64,000 nt of DNA, from positions 10,726,001-10,790,000 of the forward strand of contig CM120641.1 of NCBI GenBank assembly GCA_051362555.1. Reading direction: 5' to 3'. The translations under genes and the position numbers were made by a program. The notes under the pieces were generated by a model. The model made no database searches. It worked only from the letters and a program-made list of their open reading frames with translations, and had not been told where the DNA came from. This document shows, one piece after another, positions 25,955 through 39,540 of the stretch. The DNA is from Lingula anatina. Lineage: Eukaryota; Animalia; Brachiopoda. Numbering within the stretch: the first letter of the stretch is position 1; each line of letters opens with the position of its first letter.

Positions 25955-26599
25955 TAATGCTTTCAAATGTAAAGCATACAAAAAACTGATGAACCTAAAG
26001 TTTCATGTAGGATATTATAATTTTTTTTATTGTTTCATTACTTTCTGTTTTCTTGGTAAGAACAACAGAGCACAATGAGAACCTTATCTACTGCAATTCT
26101 TGTCATTGGAAGTGACTTTTCCAAATGCATATCTTTAAAGTAGATTGCAAAAGTAAAACTGACTTAAGTAAGTTGATATACTTAGCAAGGTAGCTAACAA
26201 TTTAATTGAAAGTGCCATAAGATATTGATATTTTGTCAGCTTCAGTAAGAAACTGAAGTCTGTATTTTGTAGCTTCTTTTTTATTTTTTTGACAAAAATA
26301 TAAAATATATAGAGTAGTCCAAAAAGATGTTTCTGTTTCTGATAAAGAGGGAAAACTTAACATTCTTTCAAAAACCTGTCTCATTGGTAGTTCTGTGTGG
26401 TGTAAGGTTTTTCCCATCATTTTGTGAGCATTACTCAATAGTTTATATACTGTGCTCTATCCAAGTTCCTTTGTGATAAATCACTGTGGCTATTCTTACA
26501 CTGAAGTTTGTAATGACATTGTTCAACATTTAATGGGGAATTCGCCTGATATCCATTAGAATATCATTTTGAGAGCATTAATAGTTAGGGGATTGTTTG

Positions 26600-27311
26600 C
26601 ATAGACACTGTCTTTTAGGTATCCCTACAGAAAACGATCCAAAGTTGATATGCCTGGAGAATGTGCAGGCCTAGGGTGGTCTGTATGATGGGAGACCTAT
26701 CCCCTTTAGATTGTTCTCTGTGGGGATACCTAAAAGACCATGGCTATGGCCTTATTCTGATATACATCAGAGATCTACGTGGATTGATCCAATGCTGCAG
26801 GGACTCTTGCTGACTGCAATCAGCTTAACTGAATGATGTCTCCTCTTGGAGTAAAGTATAATACAGAAATGCCAGAGATTATACAAGTGCTTTGGAAACA
26901 AAAGGAGGCATGTCATTCAGTTAACCTGATTGCAGTCACTGAGAGTCCTTGCAGAGTAAGATATTCCACATAGACCAATGATTTCTATGGGAATGGGGCC
27001 TTTGCCATCAATCCCCAGACTATTGATGCTCTTAAAAATAATCGAACGGAGATCGGAATTCACCAAGACCTGTTGAACAGTCATAAACTTCAGTGTGCAA
27101 GTAGCCACAGTGATTCAGTGCCAAGGAGCTTGGATTGAGCTGATTCAAAACTATTGAGCTGTGCTCACAAAATTATGCGATATGAAGAAAAAACTTACAC
27201 CACACAAAATTAACTTGTTTGTATGCCAGGTCAATGACAAAAAATTTGAAGTTTTTTTTTCAGTATAAAATGCTACTTTATCAAAAAAGGAAGCACTTTA
27301 TGGACCACCCT
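26600..27311 (+). mobile_element. Rearranged Tc1/mariner transposon remnant
   Basis: 26694-26747 translates DLSPLDCSLWGYLKDHGY, matching the SPDL.PLD..LWG.LK..VY motif of Tc1/mariner transposases. A TIR-like CACTTTATGGACCACCCT lies at 27294-27311, and there are two internal inverted duplications. Confidence 0.68.
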
Positions 27312-29393
27312 TACCAGAACAAACCTGAAGTTTTTTTTTCAGAGATCTTATGAATGAATTGTTATAGAAGTTGTTTTAAGTTGATAATCATACTTAATGA
27401 TACTAAATTCAAAATTAGAGAGTTCCTCAGAAATGGCAATCTCTAACAGATACACATTCCATTGTATTTTATGTAACAGTAATTATGTGAAAGTTAAGTT
27501 GTGAAAGATAAATGTAAAAAAAAAAAGTAATTTATATTTTAGAAAAATTTGACTTAGTTTGCAACATTGATTGAAATCAGCATAATCTGTTTGTATTGAA
27601 AATTATTTAAACATGTTCTGGTTGAAGAAGTATTTTCAAATAAAATGTTAAAAACTTCATATGTTATTTTGAACACACACTGAAGCACACTACTGCAATT
27701 CAGAGCAGTGTTCAGCAGGTTGGTGAACTAAAAGAAATGCAAGTCACAAATTGACCCAAACAGACAGCTAATATCCGAGTTATTAAATATCTGTAACAAT
27801 TAAATGCATCCATAACAATTAAATACAGCTCAAACGTCAATGTTCCTCCCTTCGGTCTAGTGGAAGACTTTGGTCCCAAACTGGCCTTCTGACCTCTCAG
27901 AAATCCCCAACCTTCTGTTAGGCAAAGGAGAAAATATTTTATTCAAGTATATGTATGTGTTAAGTTCTACCAGTCGTATGGAAAAAGCCAAAAAATGTCA
28001 CATTACTTTTGTGAAAGCAGAGAATGAAGAAAACTGAGATTATTATGTCCATAAACTTTATTTACACTTGTTACTTGCTAATAAGTTTTCCAAATAACAT
28101 TTTATCTGGCTAAGTAACTTTAATTTCAACATCTTTTCTCATTCTCCTAAAAGCATATATAGAAGCTTAATAATGAAAATATGTTTTCTAACATTTATTT
28201 TATTAATAATCAATATCTACTTTATTTATGAAAAAGACTCAAAAACTTATTTGGCTGAATAATGACAATGACGATGTTAATAGAGAAATAGCTGTGCTCA
28301 TGAATTGACTTGCTAATGCATGGGAAAAAAAACATTCACACCATGATAAAAAAAATTGTACAAAACAAAATATTATTTCTATTAAAAGGAATATATCTTT
28401 TGTATATCATTCAGCCCATATTAGTTCACACATTTGCATATCACTTCTGAAGCTAGTTTTATGTAACTTAATCCACTGTTTTTTAAGTACATGTGCATTC
28501 AATATCACAAATTTTTACCTAAAAATACACTCCATTTTAAACTTCTGCAAGTCTTATAATACATACTTAATTCATACTGTATATGCATCTGTTTTAAATA
28601 CATTCTTTGTGTTTGGTAAACTCGAATGGTACATAATGGCTTTATTCTCTAATATGCTTCATTTCACAAGATCATTTCAATGTCAATCGCTGGCAGTATC
28701 ATGCCACTGAGCAATGGGAAATTCTTCGAAAAGCACTGAAACTGAAGGCAGTTGAGGAAGCATGAATGATGCTTGAACTAAGGGAAAATGACAGGTCTGC
28801 CAAGCATTAGTTTTATAAATAACCTTTCTGCAAAATTGTTTTTTCAATGAAGATATTACATAAACAATGTCTAAATCTCCTGAGAACTTGATCTGTCCAT
28901 GTTTTCTGCTAAATTGATTAGACGAGGGCCAGCTTTAATATACATCAGGCGCCCCTTCATATAGATATGATCAGTCATAAATCAAAACCCACAGAATGCT
29001 GAAAAAGTTGGGTCAATACTCACATTTCAAGAAATAGATTTTTTTAATAATGGCTTTTGCAAGTATCGGTAATAATATATGACCTCCTGAACTAACATTA
29101 AAATCACCACATTTTTAATGACTTCATGCATTAAACCACACTACCCTCGCTTAAAAGATACTTTGACATTCATCAAACATTTAAGGACAAAAAAATTGAA
29201 TCGAAAGAGTTTCAATCATAATAATTATGATTTCTTAGATGCCTTTCTTTTTGTATATCAATATGATTTGATTGATAAGTTTTTCATAAATTTTGAACAT
29301 TGCCTCGTCCTTTTAACTGTAGTATTTCAGTTTCCTAAAGGATCTGTGCAATTTAAGCAAAAAAGTAACACTCTTCATGACTGCTTAGAACAT

Positions 29394-31513
29394 TTAATTG
29401 TTTGCCTGGTTATATTCAACAGTGTACATAGGTAATTCTGCCACAGCTTCTGTGTATGTTGGTGGTGATATGACTCCAGTCTGGGGGTCCACATGGGTGA
29501 AGACTTGGACAGCATATTCTCCCTGTACAACTGATACTGCAGCCTCATATGATGGGGGCAAGTCACTTGTGTCTCTGCCACCTGGGATCAAACCAGAGTT
29601 GCAAATATGAAACTGCATGATGAACACACAATTAAGCCATCCGAGAATTGTCTTTCTATCACAGATATTCATGCACATATACAATCTGACATATAATTGT
29701 GGTATATGATGGAAGATTGAAAAACAAATTATACTGATGTGTTGATAAAACCAATTAAGGGTGACGTGTTGACACCCGTCAGCACCCACTTCCTCATCAG
29801 AGCAGAAATATTAAATAAGTACCAAAAGAGTAAATGGTCTGTAATAGTCAATAAAGCAAAGCATGTATTTTTTATATAGCATAATATGTCAAATTCTAAA
29901 TCCCTCAGTTTAAACATGCTGCTGCCAATAGTGCACAATAATATACAACAAGCAGCTACAGCGTAGCCACTTGATTCGTCTTATCTAATTTGGAAGGAAA
30001 TCAATACAACTCAAGTTGGAAACCATTCAGAATGCTCTTCAAGTATTTTATTGAAGCAGTCTTGTGATAAAATCAAAGGAAAACTGTAGTGCAAAGAGCT
30101 CTGGTTTCAGGTTTACCTGTGGCTCTCCTGCGTGAAGCACTTCTCCTCCCAGAGTTCTGACGCCACTTCTGAGAAATCATCAACCTTCCCAGGATAGCAC
30201 CAATGAGCACAATGATCACCCCACAAACTGAAAATAAAAATACATGTACCTGATCAGAAACAACCTCTGAAAATACAAGAGGAATGCTCTTTTTATGCAT
30301 GTGTGGCAACATGCAGAGATAGCAAGGCATATTAGAGGGATTGGGGGGGGGGGAGAATTTGTAACCACTTTTGTTGTAGACATAATTACTATATTCACTT
30401 TTTTCTGTTACAGCCTTTCATTCAAATTCTGTTTCAGTATGTTTTATATGTAATCTGATCACATTCTTGAAAGTGCATAATTTAGCAGGATACATCTGAC
30501 ATGAGGTACAGCCCCACGGAATACAAAAAAGGTCTTGTATTGAATCCTATGGTCCCCTGCATATAACTGTTTAATTTTCCTGTCAAAAGTGATAAAAAAC
30601 AATTGATGTTTCCTTTCTAAGGTGTCAAATTATATTTGACATGATAGCCAAGAGGTGAAGGGCCAGCAATTTACAAAATGTATATCAATTACCTTAAATC
30701 AGCAACATTTTTTCAAGTTAGCTGATTTAAAAAATGCACATGCTGTAGTTAATACAACTTGCTATAAAACGTCTTTTTTTTTTGACAAAATGATTAAATC
30801 ACTCAAAATTACACTTTAAATATGCACATTTTTGACAGAAAGGAAAAAAATAAAATAATGTGTCAATCTTTAGATGTTTGGGTCAAAATAAGAAAATGGT
30901 TCTGCAAACTGATTGTATTTCTCCAGTTTTGTGTAAAGAACTGCATATTGTGCTTAGATCAAGCTCCATTTAAATCTTATCCTATTGGTGTTACTCATTA
31001 GCTCTATAACCCTTCATAACATTTCTTAACAGTTATCAGAAATCTGTACTTACCAATTCCTATTACACAAAACACAAAAGGTAATGGTGAACCATCATAA
31101 TCCCTCCAGTTGACCGTATAAACTGTTCCCACACTTCCAAGAATAACAAATATTACTCCCAGGAATCCAAAAAATACAAAAGCCAACACCAGCTTTAACC
31201 AGAACTTTTTATCAGCATCTATGTCTGACTTAGGTGTCCTTGCTCTGGTTGGTTGATAGGAGGTGGTGGCCCCTCTCTGTGGTCTAACAGAAATACCATC
31301 ATTCCGCCTTTGCTGCCTTAAGGGACTTGATATTACAACTGGGTCTGGTGTTACTGTAGTGTTGTCTCGCTGTTGTTGCTGATGATCTTGTCGTTGTTGG
31401 TGTTCATTGTCACTGACCTGTGAAGTCTGCTGTTGCTGTTGTTGTTGCTGCTGCTGGCAAGGAGTTTCCATTTGAAGTTTCACTTGCTGCAGCTGGATTT
31501 CCTGGCTTGCCAT
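29394..31513 (-). CDS. Uncharacterised 252-aa membrane protein with polyQ N-terminus, two TM segments and C-terminal PY motifs
   Basis: Exons 31513-31054, 30227-30117, 29581-29394 (759 nt, phases match). Hydrophobic segments FWLKLVLAFVFFGFLGVIFVILGSV and PFVFCVIGIVCGVIIVLIGAILG. Motifs LPPSY, SPPTY and LPMY. A probable non-coding first exon ends near 32667, with its acceptor near 31673. Confidence 0.85.
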
Positions 31514-32666
31514 TTGATTACATATATGCAAAGATTGCTGAGGCAGATTTACTTAACAGTGGCTCCACTTAGAAAATACTTCAGCAAATTGACAGGAAGA
31601 CCTTATCTTTTTGATCCAATCAGACGCATAGCAGCTTTAACCCTATAGCTGAGTACTGGCTAACATCCAGGCCTAAAATAGAACAAGTAAAATCCTCTCA
31701 TGTATCACAAAATAATTCATCCCTTAAAACGGAACTTTACAATAACTTAAACTGTAATTCCATCTGTAAAAGCTTAACTATTACTGATTTGTAGTAGCAC
31801 CTCTGATACTGTTAATGTATGGTTTATAAAAACATTATCACAATGGTTTACTGTTTCATCCACTTCCTCACATTTCTAGCTTATCGTATTCTTAACAAAA
31901 CACCACATGCAGCTAAGAGCAATAAAATCACATGTCAATCTGGAGTTAGACTAATTAGCCAACCAACTTTAAAATAACAACAAAGGCTGTATTGTTTTGA
32001 AGATTGTTTTGTTCCATCTTTGAATATCAACTTAAATGTTCAGACTTAAAAATAAATTGAATCTGATCACTGAAAATATTTAAAAAATATTCTATACTGA
32101 TATTTCCTTTTTTTCGTTTTTTTCAATTTGTATTTTGTACAAACACACAAAGTTCAACACAAATATGCACAGCAACCAATGTGGTCCATGCATATAATAT
32201 GACAAATAATTTATCACATTTTGAAAGAAACATTTCAAGATCCAGAATATATATACCCGTTTAAAATAGGGTGTAACCACCATTATGTTATCAGGCCCCA
32301 ATGACATAATTGTGGCAACATTGATGATCATGCAATCAAAACAATCCAATGCTATCTAAAACATTTTATTAGCAATAACGTGTCATTTGCTTCCTTTTTT
32401 TAAGAAAAGGAATAGTATATAACCTTAGCAATGTGAAATTAGAAGGTTCATTAAGACACGTGCCTCGTCAATGACTTGCAGTACTAAATACTATTTGTCA
32501 TTATGCACTTGACTTTGTCGCTGTCAACGCTCATATGTCATGACACTGCAAAAATGACACTTGCAAATACACAGTTAAACTAAATTAAAATACATAGTAG
32601 GTAGACACAATCTATTTTGGAAGAATTATTTACGAAACCTAAAAGGCTAGAAGAGTTTAATTTTAC

Positions 32667-33000
32667 CGTAACCACTTGCAAACATCCTCTGTTTACATTA
32701 TGAATACTCAGTTTCCGACGCCGACACAGCACGGATTGGCTCCGCACACAGGATAAATGTGTTTACATAAATTATGCTAGGACATTTCCCGTCAGGGTCA
32801 CCTTTTACTCTCAAATACATCTAGGTTAATTCTCTTGAAAATAGCAGTAGTATGGTACAATTAGAAACCATAGTTTATTATTATAATCTCTATCTAAGAA
32901 TTTTAATGTTCATTTTGGGCGGTGACTTTGTTTTTGTGAGTTAGCATAAAATATGTTTAGAGAGTATAAAGTTGACGTCATATGTTTTGGGGAATCCATC
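32667..33000. promoter_or_regulatory. Probable bidirectional promoter between the PY-motif TM gene and WBP2
   Basis: Minus-strand donor at 32666 and WBP2 ATG at 33001 are about 330 bp apart. The region contains a CRE TGACGTCA at 32973-32980, GGGCGG, ATTGG and two TGTTTAC motifs. Confidence 0.55.
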
Positions 33001-35574
33001 ATGTCGCTAAATACTGCACATGCAAACGGCGGAGTACTCATTTACTGTGGTGAACGGTGAGACATATATTGATATTCGTTATATAAGCTGTGTATGATTT
33101 AATTAACTGGGTTTTAAAATTTACATGTCGATTACATGTTATCACGAGGTATTCGAAATGCTTGAGACAAACTTTGTAGACGCGGAAATGACGACGTCAT
33201 ACTGAACATGTAGTCATACTCACAGACTTGTAAAAAGTAGTAAAAACCCATATTGACATCAAATGATCAGCTTTTCAGATTGTTCATAATTATTACATGT
33301 TACGGTCGAGATTCCCGTAGCATACAAGCCCTTCTAATCATGTGCAGAAAGCTATCCTTGGCATTGGAATAAGGAAGCTAGAGTAGGAATGACAATGTCA
33401 ATGATAATTAGGAGAGAACATCCTGTTTTTAGCATTAAAGAAAAGACATAGATAAACATGCAGTTATCAATGCGAAATATGTTCAAAATCGCACTTATTA
33501 TTTTATTGTACCCAAATCTTATACTAGTACACAGCCTCGTTAATGTAAGTAGAGGTGATTTTTTAGTATCTCTTTTACTTCATATTGGAATTACTTACAC
33601 AGTAGTTTTAAAAATACAATATTTCTGATATGCCAGGATCCTGATCTACTATGATAATGTTGAAGTCTCACTAGAATCCGAGGGAGGTCCAGTTCCACAG
33701 TTCAAAGGCAATAAGAAGGGGCGCCTATATTTGACAACTCACCGGGTAAACTTGGATGTTGTCATAAAAAAAAGTCTTGGATTATCATCCTTTACCATAG
33801 TTTTAACTTTTGATCAGAGCTTAAACTTGTCCCTTTTTCACATCTTAGTAACATCCACCTAAGCACAGTCACTGGCAAATGATATCAGCTTTTTGATCTT
33901 ATATTCTTTCACAGATATGTCAAATATAGCCTTCACTAGAATAATTTGAAACTATATTATGAGCTTCCTCTCGTTACAGTAGTAATATTAATAAGTATTA
34001 ATGATTATTCTTATTATTTTAGGTGATATTTAACAACCGCAACAACAAAGATGTTCTTCAATCATTCAGTATGCCATTTTTCTGCATGAAACAGCTTGAG
34101 CTGGAACAGCCTGTGTTTGGAGCAAATTATATCAAAGGCAAAGTAGTGGCAGAGCAAAATGGTAAGCTGCAGCATACCTTGTTATTATTTACTAGTTTGT
34201 AACTGCGATTTCTGACTAGGTTAACTTGCATTATGTTTATATTGTATATATTTAATGAAGAATGTCTTTGTTTTATTAGGAAACTGGCAGGGAATTGCTA
34301 AATTTAAGATGTGGTTCAACAGTGGAGGTGCCATTGAGTTTGGTCAGGCAATGTTGGAAGCAGGGAGGCTTGGTAAGTTATTGAGATGTATTTCTATTGG
34401 GAGATAACAAGGTTGATAAAAAATCTAATGTAGATTGAAAGTTATATAAATTATATATCTGAATGCATATGATGCTTTGCAGATCCGTCAATTTTTAAGA
34501 CCCTTGATGATATTTTTGTAGGTTAATTATGCATGATAGATTGAATTGCAATAATCCAAGGGTAGTTGATAATAAGTAATTTGTTACACATAGAACAAAT
34601 GACAAATAATTTTGTTTATTAAAATTATAAGTGAAAGCCAATCATGTCAGTGTCTTGTGAGCAGAGTGGTAAAAACAAAGGTATGTTCAAATTTTGCAGC
34701 AAACAGAAACAGGCCCCCTCAACCACCCCCATACTTCCCACCAGCTGGGCCATTTTACCAGGCACCACCCCCTGCGTATGCACCCCCAGGGGAACCACTT
34801 TATGGATTTGTACCTTATCAGACATTCCCAACAGCCCCACCAGGTAAATATAATTTTTTTTTTCAATTTCAGTTTAATACTAGATCTATATTTATCATGT
34901 GGCTGGTATTTTTCCAATGTTATGGGTAAATTAACTTAGGTATATAGACTTCAGTACAGCAAAGCAGTTACATCTTGATAAAAATGGAAAAGCATTAATG
35001 CAGAATAAACTGTGTAATTGTAAGTATTACCGTAGTAAAATGTTGTAATTCAACTTCATAATGACATATTAGAGTCAATTTCTAAACAGATACATTTTGT
35101 GTAAACTTTTGCCTACTTTTCACTTTAAGACCTAGCTGCTCTGTTCAACATGTTTGTATTGTGTTTCAGCTGATGGTGTCTATATGACAGAGGCACCACC
35201 CCCATATCCAGGTATTGACCCCAACCTGAGACCACCACCATATCCTCCCCAGCAAAACAACTCTGCAGGTAAGTACATGAATTCTACGAATGTCCTGACC
35301 AGTATAGTGGATCCTAGTTTAACATTATGAACAGCTGTGTTTGTGCCCAGCACATACCCTGCATATAATAGCAACCGGTCCTCTATATCCTCAGCTGGGG
35401 AAAGTTCAAGTCTGATATGTGTTCTTTGTAATTTTAGATGCCAAGGCAGCTGAAGCAGCAGCAAGTGCTTACAATGGTGCCTACTATGATCCAGGCAACC
35501 CACATAATGTTTACATGCCTCCTCCACAGGGGGCACCACCAGCATACTCAGAGGCGGCAAAGAAATACGACTAA
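33001..35574 (+). CDS. WBP2: WW domain-binding protein 2 homolog (GRAM domain plus PPxY-rich tail), 258 aa
   Basis: 7 exons: 33001-33056, 33637-33745, 34023-34161, 34280-34372, 34700-34843, 35170-35268, 35438-35574 (777 nt). Motifs [60 protein letters not shown], multiple PPPY/PPAY and [12 protein letters not shown]. Confidence 0.96.
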
Positions 35575-37519
35575 TTAATGATTTGGATGGATGAAGATGA
35601 AGCAGGCCTTAAAATAACTAAACTAAATGTTCAGTGAAAAAAAAAAAAAAGACTGAAAGAGCATTGTCGTGTATTTCAGTTGGAATTTTGAAACCATTTA
35701 TCAATTTGTCATTTTTTCTCAAACTGGTTTGGGTTTTAGTTAGATATTAATGTCATAGATATTAATGTCACTTAGATTGGAATGGGTAGTTTGTTGTTGT
35801 GGAAGTGAATTTTTACCTAATGCATCAAAAAAGTTGATTCTTATAAGGTAAATTGTAATTTTATTTTTATTCATAAGAACTGTAAATATTCATTAACTTC
35901 ATCTGATCATTTATTATTTCGTTGTTGTAATATAGACAAGTGCAATTTTGTAAAGGAAGGTGTAGCATGTTTCAAAATTCTTGCAAAAGATCAAGACAGT
36001 TGATAGATCCAAGAAGTATAAAAGCAGATCAATACTAACATGCTTATATGATTTTACAACTTGGTAGCAGTGAAACCAATAATAATACATATGTTGAAGT
36101 TATTTAATTGTGAAAAGATCTAAAAGTAGGAGTGAATTTAAGCACAAATTTATTTCAAAACCAGTGTACAGTGATAGCATTTGCCAGTGGATGAGGCACA
36201 TTTTGACCTTTCATATATGTACATATACCCAAGATATCTAATAAACCTATTTATTATGCATGTGTTAAAATATGATGTTTATTTAAATCTTATGGTAGGC
36301 AGAAGGGCTTGTAAATATGTTCTCAGCTTGTTTGGAAAAACTGAAGATGTAAAGTAATTTGCTTGATTTTTGGCTGGACTTCTTTAAAATACAAATTCTA
36401 ACAAGGCGACAAAGTTCTCTGCTGTACAAATAAATGACAAGACTGATGGAAACCGTAACATTAAAACTTTTACAGTAAAAATTATGAACAACTAATTTAA
36501 TGGTGAAATTACGATTTTGACACGTTTAATAGCATAATCTACACCGATTTTAAATGATGTACTACTGTTCCTGCTGACATTCAAAAAATGTTGCTAGCAC
36601 AAGGACAGGTACCCTCTAAATGACTGGCCACTAACATCTTTACATAAGCCAACACTTTGTTCCATTTGTTTTAAATATTTTAAATGTTATGTTTTAAATC
36701 AATGATTAAGTTTCTGTTTCCCATGAGCTTCAAAGGAAAAATTATGGACCATCAAATGTGGAGAGCACTGCCTAGGCCTACCCTTTTGCTTAAACTAATT
36801 GTAAAAGATGTAAAATTTTGGTTTGGTACTAGGGTTCACGGATCTATCAGCTGGTGGGTTTATAGGCCCTACTGAGATTTATTATGGGAATGGCATCTTT
36901 TGGTACATATAGATGCATTGAAGTATTGGGAAACGTTTCTATCACTAATCTTTTGGTATGGGTGTCTATCAAGATGTTTTCATGATCTCTTCTAACACAA
37001 TGGGTGGACTTCATCCATCGTCACTTGATGCATTCCTGTGTTAACCTCATTGAGATTGTCACCGATTTCAAAATGTGTACAGCTCATTTCTCTATGGCCC
37101 AGAATATTCATTACTTGGAAATATTGGTCTTTTGTTCCTTTTAGAACAATGATTCATGAGAAAAAGACTGATGTACAGTGAGATATGTCTGTTGGCTTTC
37201 ATTTTAGCTATTTAAGGAAACGTTTAAATGTAAGAAGAGCGAAAAAAAATAAGTTTTCATGGATGCATGTTTCAAATACTAGAGACAAAAAGATTGCTTC
37301 CTACCACTTCAAATAGCATGACAAATTCCAGGCAACTTGAACATTAAAACAAGGCAGCAAAGCTGTCATATGTACAGACAAAAAGCAGGAAATAACAAAA
37401 CAGGCTACTGTCAATTCTGATGCAAAAGTACATTATGCTTAACTTCACATTCAACATCAAATTTTAATTATGCTCAACAGGTAATATCAATGTAAGTGAA
37501 ATGTGTAACAAGCATAATG

Positions 37520-38578
37520 CTTCAGGCCCATGGGAGTTTAAGTTCACACTTTGAAAATGCCAGAATGAGAAAAATGAACATTTCACATAAAACTGCTTAA
37601 ATTCAATAATAAATGATAACCCATTTGAGCTGGCTTTCTTATTTGAACTGCATGCCAATCCTACAAATCATACTTGTAAGTTGAAAATAATAATAAGTAA
37701 CAGTTTTCTTTTCATAATGTTTGTTGTAGCAGTGCAAAAAGATTTTTGTCAATTTTGATGTAACATTACATAATAAATTACAGAATAATTATCACCAATT
37801 TTTGATTATTGACTATAAATAGCATGGACATGTAGAAAATTTGATTACCATTTGGCTTCATGTCCATGGGAGCTTCGAGTCCCACAATGAATATGCCAAC
37901 ATGATAAAAATTAATATTTCACTAAAATGTATAACTTCCAGAAAAAGAAGCCAATTAGACTGCTTTTCTAACTCAGCCTGCATTTTAGTCCTTTGTTTCT
38001 TTTTTTAAAGATTGACAATCATAAGTAACATGGTTTTCCCATAATGGTCATCATGGCAGCAGCACCCAAAATTTTGTTTTCTTCTATTTTAATGCAATAT
38101 TACATAATGCTTAACAGCATAATGACCATCAGTTTTTAATAATAAAAGATCTGTATCATGGATTTTCAGAAAATGTGACTAGCATGGGTCTTCAAGCCGG
38201 TGGAGATTCTTAAGTCACACCTTGAAAATGCCAATATGTGAAAAATTAAATTTTCACAAAAAACTGATTAACTGCCAAAAAAATTTACCAAATAGACTGC
38301 ATTGCCCACTGAAGCTTTATTTAAGTCCCATGTTTCTTCCTGTAAGTTTGAGAACAGTAAGTGACATGGTTTTCCTTAAATGGTCATCATGGGAGCAGTG
38401 TCCAAAATAGGGGTGTCTTCAAATTTTGATGCAATATTACATAATGTTTAACAGGATAATTACCATCAATTTTTAATAATAAAATATTACTATCATGGAT
38501 ATTCAGAAAATGTTCCTAGCAAAGGTCTTCAGGCCCAAGGAACTTCAAAGTCACACCTTGAAAATGCCAAAATGAAGA
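37520..38578. repeat. Degenerate tandem repeat, about 335-bp unit, about 3.2 copies
   Basis: Anchor CTTCAGGCCCATGG...CACAC.TTGAAAATGCCA recurs near 37520, 37856, 38190 and 38527. Confidence 0.8.
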
Positions 38579-38760
38579 CAAGACAGCACTGTCCTGAAAT
38601 GTGTTTTTTTCCATTTTTAACAATTTTTTAACTTATAACAAAATTAACAATTTACTGCCATTTATATATGATCAACTAAGAAAATTGATGAAATGGGAAA
38701 AATATCAATAGAACAGTGTTTAATGTCCAATTTCCTCCATTATGAGTTTCTGAACATAGT

Positions 38761-38784
38761 GAATGAATGAATGAATGAATGAAT
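38761..38784 (+). repeat. (GAAT)n microsatellite
   Basis: Six GAAT units seen directly. Confidence 0.9.
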
Positions 38785-38964
38785 CTGAGTTTATTTCCAT
38801 TTTTGAAACTCTATTATACAATACATGATAACAAGTTTACCATCATTTTTACATAATCAACTAACAATGTTGTAAAGATGCAGGAAATGTCAAACAAACA
38901 CTTTTACTAATCTTATTAGTTAAATAATGAGACTGTTAACATGCCTAAGAATTGAATCTGAGGA

Positions 38965-39540
38965 AATGTGAAAAAACAGCATAACTTATAAAATAATGGC
39001 CCGATTATGCTGATTTTCGAACTTGACCTGCGTTTTAGTAAGATTGATTACTCCTGTGAGTTTCATGACAACAGGTCTATCGGTTTTCCTTGAAATGTGT
39101 TAACAGTGTTGCACATATGCTGAAAAGTGAAAAAAACAGCATAACTACTAAAATAGTGGCCCGATCATGCCGATTTTCGAACTTGATCTGCATTTTAGTA
39201 AGATTGATAACTCCCGTGAGTTTCATGACAACAGGCCTATCGGTTTTCTTTGAAATGTGTTAACAGTGTTGCATATATGCTAAAAAGTGAAAAAACAGCA
39301 TAAATTCTACAATAATGGCACGATCATGCTGATTTTCGAACTTGACCTGCGTTTTATGAATATTAGTCAGCTCTGTAAATATAAAGCCAAAAAGTAAAAC
39401 TGTCTTCCACTTATGGTGTTAACGCTGAAAGTGCACGGCGACGGCGACGGCGACGGCGACATGATCGGCGACGGCGACGGCGACGACAGACGCAGGTGAT
39501 GGCAATATGTACAGACACATCTGTGTCTGTACATAAAAAA
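38965..39540 (+). mobile_element. Helentron-associated (HINE/pearl-like) non-autonomous element with internal 160-bp tandem array
   Basis: About 2.4 copies of a roughly 160-bp unit (GTGAAAAAACAGCATAA at 38968, 39127, 39287). Then a (GACGGC)n microsatellite near 39436-39490, the terminal palindrome ATGTACAGACACA-TC-TGTGTCTGTACAT and an A-run. Confidence 0.72.

Noticed and set aside
35335-35400. Extra WBP2 exon ([14 protein letters not shown]...) inside intron 6
   Set aside because: Weak acceptor and no convincing in-phase GT donor. The 7-exon model is already complete.
38965-39360. CRISPR-like array
   Set aside because: Units are contiguous 160-bp tandem copies without unique spacers, there are no cas genes, and the context is eukaryotic.
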